Position numbers and translations under genes: made by a program
Notes under the pieces: model-generated
What the model saw: only the letters and a program-made list of their open reading frames with translations
The model's database searches: none
What the model was told of the DNA's origin: nothing
Assembly: GCA_045593985.1 (NCBI GenBank)
Contig: JAZNXR010000095.1
Coordinates: forward strand, 1 to 49,920
Length of the DNA stretch: 49,920 nt
Direction: 5' to 3'
Origin: Eubacteriales bacterium
GTDB taxonomy: Bacteria; Bacillota; Clostridia; Oscillospirales; CAG-272
Shown: positions 18,513-27,708 of the stretch, piece after piece
Position numbering within the stretch: the first letter of the stretch is position 1
Layout of the letters: every line of letters begins with the position of its first letter

Positions 18513-18548
18513 AAAATGCCCCGACGGATTTTCCGTCGGGGCATCTTT
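18511..18548. terminator. Bidirectional intrinsic terminator
   Basis: ATGCCCCGACGGA-ttt-TCCGTCGGGGCAT. Confidence 0.9.
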
Positions 18549-18555
18549 ATTAAAC

Positions 18556-20073
<1,518 letters not shown>

Positions 20074-20078
20074 TCACT

Positions 20079-20107
20079 ATTATAATACAAATCATTCTTT
20101 CTGTCAA
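20079..20107 (-). promoter_or_regulatory. sigmaA promoter of guaB
   Basis: Minus strand TTGACA-N17-TATAAT. Confidence 0.85.
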
Positions 20108-20165
20108 GAAGTCAGTCTAATAAAATCAACCTTTGTCTAAAAAATATCATTTTCGACAAAAAGCA

Positions 20166-20194
20166 TTGAAAAAAGCGGAAAGGAATAGTATAAT
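20166..20194 (+). promoter_or_regulatory. sigmaA promoter of the lipid kinase-glpK pair
   Basis: TTGAAA-N17-TATAAT. Confidence 0.75.
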
Positions 20195-20239
20195 AAAGAT
20201 GCGTATTATCAAAATCTTTCATGAAGAGGATAAAAAACA

Positions 20240-21109
20240 TTGAAAAGACTACACATTTTCAATCCTGCGTCGGGTGTTAAGCACTCGCCTGAGCTTCTTA
20301 CGAAGGGCGCAGCTAACGGCGAAAAAAGCTATATCACCACCGGAGTGGGAGATGCTGAGCGATTTGTTTACGAAACCTGCCTCAGCAGTCCCGAAACCCA
20401 TTTTATCGTTTATGGCGGTGACGGCACAATAAACGAGGTCGTTTCCGGAATCGTTCGTGCAGGTGCAGGAGACAAGGCGCTTTTTTCCGTTGTCCCCGCA
20501 GGAACAGGAAACGATTTCGTCAAGAGCTTCCCTGAAAAAGACCGTGTATACACCATTGACGTTCTCAAATACGATGATAAGTATTCCGTTAATATTATAA
20601 ATTTCGGATTTGACAGCAAGGTTGTTATTAAGACCGCAACATACAAAAAGGCGTTCCCAGGAAGTGCTGCATATATTGCGGGAGTTGCCGACACCTTCTT
20701 CCACAAGATAGGAGAAAGGTGGCAGATCGAGCTTACCGACGAGGACGGAAATACCGAGACTCTCGACGAGACCTTTACCCTTGCGCTTGCGGCTAACTGT
20801 CAGTACTACGGCGGCGGATTCCGTTCTGCGCCTCTTGCCTCTCCGAGCGACGGTCTTATTGATTTTATCGCAGTCAGAAAAATTCCCCGTCTTGCCTTTA
20901 TCAATCTTATCGGCTCCTACAAAAAGGGCACCCATCTTGATCCCGAAACGGAAAAGCCTAGGCCCAAATTCGAAAAATATCTTATCTATCGCAGATGCAG
21001 AAGCGTATCTATAAAGGGCGTTTCCACTCTATGCTCCGACGGAGAAATTGAAGAAAGAACCGAAGCGAACATAACCGTCATCCCCGGCGCAGTCCGCTAC
21101 GCTACCTGA
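20240..21109 (+). CDS. Diacylglycerol/lipid kinase family protein (YegS/DgkB-like)
   Basis: NPASG, GGDGTINEV, PAGTGNDF, YYGGG and DGE motifs. Confidence 0.93.
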   Translation: MKRLHIFNPASGVKHSPELLTKGAANGEKSYITTGVGDAERFVYETCLSSPETHFIVYGGDGTINEVVSGIVRAGAGDKALFSVVPAGTGNDFVKSFPEKDRVYTIDVLKYDDKYSVNIINFGFDSKVVIKTATYKKAFPGSAAYIAGVADTFFHKIGERWQIELTDEDGNTETLDETFTLALAANCQYYGGGFRSAPLASPSDGLIDFIAVRKIPRLAFINLIGSYKKGTHLDPETEKPRPKFEKYLIYRRCRSVSIKGVSTLCSDGEIEERTEANITVIPGAVRYAT

Positions 21110-21110
21110 T

Positions 21111-22589
21111 ATGAAAAAGTATATTCTCGCCCTCGACCAAGGCACTACAAGCTCACGCTGTATCGTATATTCGAAAAACGGTGAAAAGGTCGGCGAGGCT
21201 CAAAGAGAGCTTCCGCAGATATATCCCCTTTCGGGATGGGTTGAGCATGATCCCGAGGCTATATGGTCTACTCAGCTTTACTCTATTGAAACAGCAGTAA
21301 AAAGAGCAGGCATTTCGCCCTCCGAAATTGCCGCTATCGGTATCACCAACCAGAGAGAAACGACAATTGTCTGGAACAAAATCACGGGCAAGCCGATTTC
21401 TAACGCCATAGTCTGGCAATGCAGACGCACTGCCGATTACTGCGAGGAAATAAAGCGTTCGGGCTACGAGCCGATTTTAAAGGCTAAAACAGGTCTTATT
21501 GCCGATCCCTATTTTTCGCTGACGAAAATCAAATATATTCTCGATAACGTAGACGGAGCTTATGATCTTGCCGAAGAAGGAAATCTTGCCTTCGGTACGG
21601 TTGACAGTTGGCTTATCAACAAGCTGACAAAAGGCAAATGCCATGTAACCGACGCCTCAAACGCATCGAGAACAATGATGTATAACATTCATGAAGGAAA
21701 ATGGGATAGCGAAATACTTTCTCATTTCGGTATTCCCGAAAGCATACTTCCTACCGTTGTCCCTTCAAGCGGATATATTGCCGATGCGGAAATTCTAGGC
21801 ACAAAGATTCCGATTTGCGGAGTTGCGGGTGACCAACAGGCTTCCCTTTTCGGTCAATGCTGCTTTAAAAAAGGAGATGCAAAAAACACCTACGGAACGG
21901 GCTGCTTCTTGCTTATGAACACCGGCAAAAGCATCGCAAGCTCCAAAAATGGGCTTCTTACTACCGTTGCGTGGCAGATCGGCAATGAGCTGACGTATGC
22001 CCTTGAAGGCTCCGTTTTCGTTGCCGGTGCGGCAATTCAATGGCTCCGTGACGGCCTTGGAATTCTTGCTTCGTCGTCGGACAGCGAGAAGATGGCACTT
22101 GACATTCCGAATACCAACGGAGTTTATTTTGTTCCTGCCTTTACGGGACTCGGCGCACCGCATTGGGATCCCGAATGCCGAGGACTTATTTGCGGTCTGT
22201 CACGAGGAAGTGACCGCCGTCATATCGTTCGCGCCGCTCTTGAAGCGATGGCTTATCAAACGCTTGACGTTCTGACACTTATGGAGCGTGATTCGGGCAC
22301 TGAAATTCCTGCCCTTCGTGTTGATGGCGGAGCATCCGCTAACGGATTCTTATGCTCGTTCCAGGCAGACGTTTCCGGCAAGCCTGTAATTCGTCCCCAA
22401 AACACCGAGACGACCTCTCTCGGCGCGGCATATCTATCCGGCCTTGGCTGCGGTATGTATTCTTCCCTTGAAGAAATTGCTTCGATTGCAAGCAATTCTA
22501 CCGTATTTGAGCCGAAAATGGATACAATGACGAAAGACGAATTTATCAAAGGCTGGCAAAATGCTGTCAAAAAGACAATTTCGGGCTAA
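21111..22589 (+). CDS. glpK: Glycerol kinase
   Basis: DQGTTSSR, ITNQRETT, WQCRRT, TDASNASRT, GDQQA, KNTYGTG and DGGA motifs. Confidence 0.97.
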   Translation: MKKYILALDQGTTSSRCIVYSKNGEKVGEAQRELPQIYPLSGWVEHDPEAIWSTQLYSIETAVKRAGISPSEIAAIGITNQRETTIVWNKITGKPISNAIVWQCRRTADYCEEIKRSGYEPILKAKTGLIADPYFSLTKIKYILDNVDGAYDLAEEGNLAFGTVDSWLINKLTKGKCHVTDASNASRTMMYNIHEGKWDSEILSHFGIPESILPTVVPSSGYIADAEILGTKIPICGVAGDQQASLFGQCCFKKGDAKNTYGTGCFLLMNTGKSIASSKNGLLTTVAWQIGNELTYALEGSVFVAGAAIQWLRDGLGILASSSDSEKMALDIPNTNGVYFVPAFTGLGAPHWDPECRGLICGLSRGSDRRHIVRAALEAMAYQTLDVLTLMERDSGTEIPALRVDGGASANGFLCSFQADVSGKPVIRPQNTETTSLGAAYLSGLGCGMYSSLEEIASIASNSTVFEPKMDTMTKDEFIKGWQNAVKKTISG

Positions 22590-22624
22590 TTTAACATTTT
22601 TTTAGATAAATTTTACAAAAAGTA

Positions 22625-22653
22625 GTGACAAACTGTACTCTTTATGGTATAAT
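22625..22653 (+). promoter_or_regulatory. sigmaA promoter of hpf
   Basis: GTGACA-N17-TATAAT with TG extension. Confidence 0.7.
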
Positions 22654-22705
22654 ATATTTGCAGAGGTAAATCCCCTGTAATTTCCGTAAAGAGGTGAAAG
22701 TTTTT

Positions 22706-23224
22706 ATGAAGATCAACATTATCGGACGCAAAATCAACGTAAGAGAAAGCTTCAAGGAAGTCGTTGAGAAGAAGCTTGCTAAGCTTGATAAGTACTTCAA
22801 GGACGATGCAACTGCTTACGTTACGATGAGCATGGAAAAGAATGCAGAGCGACTTGAAGTTACGGTAACGAGCGGTGCTCTTCTCTTCCGCGCTGAGGAA
22901 AGCGACGATACCTTCGTAAACGCCCTCGATACCGCAGTCGATACTATTGAGCGCCAGATCAGAAAAAACAAAACGCGCCTCGAAAAGCGTCTCCGTGAAG
23001 GAGCGTTTCGCGAGATCGGCGAGCAACCCGAGGAGTACGAAGAAACCTTCAACATCCGTGAAAAGACCTTCGTTATGAAGCCCATGACTCCCGAGGAGGC
23101 AATTCTCCAGATGAACCTTATCGGTCACGAGTTCTTCATGTTCGAAAATTCCGAGACAGGAAATGCCGCTGTCGTTTATAAGAGAAAGAACGGCGGTTAC
23201 GGCTTAATAAATCCCGAAAAATAA
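22706..23224 (+). CDS. hpf: Ribosome hibernation promoting factor (long HPF/RaiA)
   Basis: KKLAKLDKYF, ERQIRKNKTR and KPMTPEEAILQM...VYKR..G.YGLI. ATG at 22706 after GAGGTG. Confidence 0.97.
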   Translation: MKINIIGRKINVRESFKEVVEKKLAKLDKYFKDDATAYVTMSMEKNAERLEVTVTSGALLFRAEESDDTFVNALDTAVDTIERQIRKNKTRLEKRLREGAFREIGEQPEEYEETFNIREKTFVMKPMTPEEAILQMNLIGHEFFMFENSETGNAAVVYKRKNGGYGLINPEK

Positions 23225-23236
23225 ACAACAATTTTC

Positions 23237-23268
23237 GCCGCCGAGCATTGCTCGGCGGCAGTTTTTTT
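23237..23268 (+). terminator. Intrinsic terminator of hpf
   Basis: GCCGCCGAGC-att-GCTCGGCGGC followed by AG and T7. Confidence 0.92.
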
Positions 23269-23286
23269 CTTTTGTGGGTATAATAA

Positions 23287-23315
23287 TTGACATAGTATAA
23301 TTTATATGCTATAAT
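23287..23315 (+). promoter_or_regulatory. Consensus sigmaA promoter of the TerB-N/ATPase operon
   Basis: TTGACA-N17-TATAAT with TG extension and additional TATAAT copies nearby. Confidence 0.85.
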
Positions 23316-23349
23316 TATATGATACCAAAAACGGGAAAGGAGGAATACT

Positions 23350-25119
23350 GTGTCGAAAAAAGGAATTAACAAGTTTGACCTTAATGACGACTTCTGGGAT
23401 ATTGACGAAATGCTCCCGAAAAAGAAGTTTGGTGCGGTTTTTTCGGACGATACCGATACCGTGGAGATAGAAGTCAAGGCCGACTCCTCCTTCAAGGGTT
23501 CCCCTATTCCGAAGCCTGACGGCTGGGAGGCTCGTTTGAAGGAAATGAAAACTGCTGATCCCACGTCAGCAGCAAGCACCTCCGACCGTCTTGAAATTGC
23601 AAGAGCCGCGCTAAAAACCGCAGAGGAAAAGCATCTTTCCTACGCTGCGGCGGCATTCGGCGACAAGAAAGAAAAGAAGAACGAAACAGTTGAGCTTGCT
23701 CCCTCAGACGAGCCTCTTTTTTCCTATTCTCCCAAACGAAATCCGCTGATTGAAAACGTAACCGTTCGTATTTGGCCTGCAAAATATTCCTTCTACGAGC
23801 AGTTCAGGAGTAACGCTGTCAGATATTTCAGCCGTGAGGGTACGGAATGCGAATTTGTACCGTTCTTCTCCTTCACTCCGCAATACGTTCAAATGACGCG
23901 TCATCAGTTAGATTTTTATTTCTATTTCAGAAGTAAAATCAGACGGGGCGAAGCGATAAAAACCGACTATTCCTACATTCTGCTTCTCATTTATGAGATA
24001 ATTAACGTTCCCGACCTGCTCCCTCCCGAAAACGGTCTTGATCTGCTCGTCTTTCTTTGGGACAGCTACCGAAAGGCTTTTCCGAAGCTTGACCGTCATT
24101 TAAGCGAATGGGTTTGCGATTACTGCCTTGTTCACAAGCTTGACGGCAGATATATTCCCTTCTCTGTTTCCGATGAGGGAACGAAATATTGCTCACTCAA
24201 GGAGTTCTACGTCGGTCTTAACACGAGCGATGAATCGCCTTACGCTTCTGCGCTCTATTCCTACGCTTCACTTTATAATTACAGAAACAGCAAGTTTTAT
24301 ACAGATAATAACCGTGAGCTTTTCGACAAGCATATAAGAGCTTCCGTTATTTATGCCTTCTCGAAGGCGGAAAACGAGCATTTGACCGTCTTTGCGCCGA
24401 TTGGCAAGGCATCGATGATACCGCTTAAGATAACACGAGACGCCTTTGTCGGGGCGCTTTGCGCTTACAATGTAAAAAGGCGAATTGAGGTTTCTTATCT
24501 TTCGGTTTCACGCTCAACAGAGCTTCTGTATGCCGTGACCGATGCTATCAAATTTGCCGAAAACAACGTGCGTGCGCTTCTTGGAATAAGGAGCAGATTC
24601 CATACGCCGAATCTTGCCCTTCCGCTTCGTCACGCTATTGAGGAATATTTTGCTCCTTATAAGCGTGAGCAGAAAAAGGAGCAGATAAAGGAGGCTCCAA
24701 AGCCCGAATATGACGTGCTTTACGAGCCGATCAGTCACGAGCTTTCCCTTGATGATGCAAAGGATATTGAAGAACATTCTTGGGCTACGACCGAGCTTTT
24801 AACAGACGGCATTGAGGAATATGAGCCTGATGCCGAGAATGTCGAGGTATCGGTTGATATAGAAAAGGAGCCCGAGGCTCATGACGGTGACGATGATATT
24901 TCGAGGGCAATTATTTGCCTTATGAACAACGATAAAAACGGCTTTAACGAGCTTTCGCAGTCGCTTGGTATTCTTCCCGATGCCCTTTGCGAAGCGATAA
25001 ATGACCGCCTTTACGACACGCTCGGAGATATCGCGGTCGAGCATGGAGATGACGGCTTTAATATTGTCATCGATTATATGGAGGAAATTGATCAATGGTT
25101 GAAAACACCGAAAAAGTAA
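23350..25119 (+). CDS. TerB-N and TerB-C domain protein
   Basis: FVPFFSFTPQY..M...QLDFYFYFRS..R.G....DYSYILLLIYEIIN resembles TerB_N. C-terminal LPDALCEAINDRLYDTLGD resembles TerB_C. GTG start after GGAGG. Confidence 0.85.
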   Translation: MSKKGINKFDLNDDFWDIDEMLPKKKFGAVFSDDTDTVEIEVKADSSFKGSPIPKPDGWEARLKEMKTADPTSAASTSDRLEIARAALKTAEEKHLSYAAAAFGDKKEKKNETVELAPSDEPLFSYSPKRNPLIENVTVRIWPAKYSFYEQFRSNAVRYFSREGTECEFVPFFSFTPQYVQMTRHQLDFYFYFRSKIRRGEAIKTDYSYILLLIYEIINVPDLLPPENGLDLLVFLWDSYRKAFPKLDRHLSEWVCDYCLVHKLDGRYIPFSVSDEGTKYCSLKEFYVGLNTSDESPYASALYSYASLYNYRNSKFYTDNNRELFDKHIRASVIYAFSKAENEHLTVFAPIGKASMIPLKITRDAFVGALCAYNVKRRIEVSYLSVSRSTELLYAVTDAIKFAENNVRALLGIRSRFHTPNLALPLRHAIEEYFAPYKREQKKEQIKEAPKPEYDVLYEPISHELSLDDAKDIEEHSWATTELLTDGIEEYEPDAENVEVSVDIEKEPEAHDGDDDISRAIICLMNNDKNGFNELSQSLGILPDALCEAINDRLYDTLGDIAVEHGDDGFNIVIDYMEEIDQWLKTPKK

Positions 25120-26435
25120 CAGTACCGAAGAGAATTCTGTCTTCTCTTATCAGATCAATATCGGCAGGCGTTGTTCCGCGTCTTGGAGCGCCTTATATTG
25201 CTATCGGACGTGACGACGAGATCGCTGCTCTGCTTTCCGATCTTAATCAGGTCAGTGAGGGTGGCTCTGCCATGCGCTTTCTTATCGGTAAATACGGCAG
25301 CGGTAAAAGCTTTCTGATGCAGCTTATGCGCGGCTATGCTCTTGAGCGAGGATTTCTGACCGCCGACTGCGATCTTTCGCCCGAAAGACGTATTTGCGGA
25401 AGCAAGGGCGCAGGAATTGCAACCTACCGTGAGCTTATTCGTAATCTTTCGTCAAAGACATCGCCCGAGGGCGGCGCTATTTCCGGAATAATATCTAAAT
25501 GGCTTTCTTCTCTTATGAGCGAGGTCGCATCAAGCGGCATTTCGCCGAGCGATCCTTCGTTTTATAACGAGGTAACGAAGAAGGTTTACGAGGTTACCCG
25601 TGAGCTTGAAAACAACGTCGGCGGCTTTGACTTCGCTTACGTTATAACGGAGTATTACAGCGCATCCGTCAATAACGATGACGAAAAAAAGAGCCAGGCG
25701 CTTCGCTGGCTCCGTGGAGAATATGAAACTAAAACCGAGGCAAGACACAATCTCGCTGTAAACTCTATAATAGACGACGATAACTGGTACGATTATATCA
25801 AGCTTTGGGCTGAATTCTGCCGCAAGATCGGATATATGGGATTGGTCGTATTCATTGACGAGTGCGTTAATCTTTACAAGATCTCTAACCGTATTTCCCG
25901 TGAAAACAACTACGAAAAGATTCTCTCGATGTTCAACGACACCCTTCAAGGCAAGGCGAAGGGCCTTGACATAATCCTCGGAGGAACGCCGCAGTTTCTT
26001 GAAGATACTCGCCGTGGTCTGTACAGCTACGAGGCGCTTCGCTCACGTCTTACCGACAGCCGCTTCGGAAACGAGGGATACCGTGATCTTATGGGGCCCG
26101 TGATTCGACTGCGCCGCCTTTCGGATAATGAGCTTTATGCGCTTATTACTCGTCTGACGAAGCTACACGGTCAGCATTTTTCCTGGGAGCCGAGAGTTTC
26201 TGACGGCGACCTTGAGGCTTTCCTTCGTTCTTCCCTTGCACGTGCGGGAGCAGACGTTATGATAACGCCACGTGAGATCATCCGTGACTATATGTCGATG
26301 CTTAACATTCTATATCAGAACCCGAATCTTTCCGCCTCCGATATCATCGGCAAGATTCCCGAAGGCAAGACGCAGGATGATGCTCAAAAGACCGAGACAC
26401 GCCCCACCTTTACTCTTTCGGATATTGATATTTAA
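25095..26435 (+). CDS. DUF2791 (BrxC/BrxD-like) P-loop ATPase
   Basis: AGVVPRLG, Walker A GKYGSGKS, DLSPERR, Walker B VFIDE, YEALRSRL and TPREIIRD. Overlaps the upstream gene by 25 nt. Confidence 0.9.
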   Translation: MVENTEKVTVPKRILSSLIRSISAGVVPRLGAPYIAIGRDDEIAALLSDLNQVSEGGSAMRFLIGKYGSGKSFLMQLMRGYALERGFLTADCDLSPERRICGSKGAGIATYRELIRNLSSKTSPEGGAISGIISKWLSSLMSEVASSGISPSDPSFYNEVTKKVYEVTRELENNVGGFDFAYVITEYYSASVNNDDEKKSQALRWLRGEYETKTEARHNLAVNSIIDDDNWYDYIKLWAEFCRKIGYMGLVVFIDECVNLYKISNRISRENNYEKILSMFNDTLQGKAKGLDIILGGTPQFLEDTRRGLYSYEALRSRLTDSRFGNEGYRDLMGPVIRLRRLSDNELYALITRLTKLHGQHFSWEPRVSDGDLEAFLRSSLARAGADVMITPREIIRDYMSMLNILYQNPNLSASDIIGKIPEGKTQDDAQKTETRPTFTLSDIDI

Positions 26436-26788
26436 CGAAAAATCATAATCAGTCCCCCTAAAATGACGGTCAGGGCGACTACCCGCTTGACGATTTTAAG
26501 CTTTAGCCTTTTGAGCAAAACTGCTCCGACAGCGCCGCCGAGCGCTGCGGGAATAATATAGCGTGATGCGGTATTTATCGGCAAATTACCCTTTAAGCTA
26601 TACATTATTGCAGAAACAACTGCGAATGTTGCAGTTATAAGCGAGGTCTGCGCAAATATTCTTTTCTGCTCACTTTTCATAAGGAAAGAGAGCGCAAGGA
26701 TAAGCACGATTCCCCCACCTGCGCCGAAAAAACCGCTGACAAAGCCGGAAATTGCCCCGACAAGCAAAAGCTTTAAGATTTCGTTCAC
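26432..26788 (-). CDS. Half-size TauE/SafE (TSUP) family membrane protein
   Basis: GAISGFVSGFFGAGGG and PAALGGAVGA motifs, 4 TM segments. SD GGAGAGG with GTG start. Confidence 0.85.
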   Translation of the reverse strand: MNEILKLLLVGAISGFVSGFFGAGGGIVLILALSFLMKSEQKRIFAQTSLITATFAVVSAIMYSLKGNLPINTASRYIIPAALGGAVGAVLLKRLKLKIVKRVVALTVILGGLIMIFR

Positions 26789-26815
26789 CTTTCCCTCTCC
26801 TTTTTAATTCTGTAC

Positions 26816-26844
26816 TTGTCATTTTTAAAAAAATCTGTTATTAT
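26816..26844 (+). promoter_or_regulatory. sigmaA promoter of uppP-ftsK
   Basis: TTGTCA-N17-TATTAT with TG extension. Confidence 0.65.
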
Positions 26845-26877
26845 ATATATGGTAGACTGTTTTTAGGAGGAATTCTC

Positions 26878-27696
26878 TTGACCATATTGTCTGCCATTAT
26901 ATACGGTATAATACAGGGTGCGGCTGAATTTTTACCGATATCAAGCTCCGCCCATCTTGCCATTGCCCAACATTTCTTTGGCGAGAATATTGATACTGAT
27001 TATTTTACCTTCGATATTTTGCTTCACCTCGCAACGCTCTTTTCGGTAACGGTCTTTTATATCAAAGACATTCTTCCGTTATTTCCTGCGTTTTTCAGGG
27101 TTGTTCGCAAGATTTTTAAAGGCGAGCTTCGATATCAAGCCTGCGACGGTGACGAAAGGCTTATTATTCTCTTGTTTTTCTCGTCACTACCTCTTTTGAC
27201 CGTTCCCTTTTTCGACGATAAGGTCGAAAATATCGGAATTGGTGCGGTTGCCGTTCTGCTTATTATAAACGGAATTATCCTGCTTTTAAGCGAGCGTATA
27301 CGGCAAGGAAGCAAGGATATTTATTCGGCCAAGCCGAAAAATGCTCTATTCATCGGTATTTGCCAGCTTGCCGCAGTTTTTCCCGGTCTTTCCCGTTCGG
27401 GATCGACTATTACTGCTTCCCGTGCCTGCGGTTTTGAGCCGTCATTTGCAGTAAAGTATTCATTTATCATGTCTTTACCTGCGGTAATCGGCGCAAATAT
27501 TTTCAAGCTGAGTGATCTGCTTAATAACCCCGTGCCGAAGCAGGATATATTACCTTATGCCGTCGGTATGGCTTTTGCCGCCCTTATCGGCATACTTTCG
27601 ATAAAGCTTATCAAAGCCTTAACGAAAAAATCAAGCTATAAGCTATTTTCAATCTACTGTATTACAGTTGGAATTATCGTTTTATTCTTCAAATAA
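26878..27696 (+). CDS. uppP: Undecaprenyl-diphosphatase
   Basis: GIIQGAAEFLPISSSAHL and PGLSRSGSTI motifs. TTG start at 26878 after AGGAGG. Confidence 0.95.
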   Translation: MTILSAIIYGIIQGAAEFLPISSSAHLAIAQHFFGENIDTDYFTFDILLHLATLFSVTVFYIKDILPLFPAFFRVVRKIFKGELRYQACDGDERLIILLFFSSLPLLTVPFFDDKVENIGIGAVAVLLIINGIILLLSERIRQGSKDIYSAKPKNALFIGICQLAAVFPGLSRSGSTITASRACGFEPSFAVKYSFIMSLPAVIGANIFKLSDLLNNPVPKQDILPYAVGMAFAALIGILSIKLIKALTKKSSYKLFSIYCITVGIIVLFFK

Positions 27697-27708
27697 GGAA
27701 GTGTTAAA

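Noticed and set aside
17366-18555. Possible direct repeats flanking the kinase-GNAT cassette (TGCAGT; TTTATTAgAC versus TTTATTAaAC)
   Set aside because: Too short or imperfect and AT-rich to distinguish from chance.
26752-26877. Upstream extensions given by the ORF track for uppP, and likewise for guaB, recO, ybeY, yqfD, spoIVA and the 5495 lipoprotein
   Set aside because: Downstream starts have proper SDs or stop-start coupling and match the expected family N-termini.
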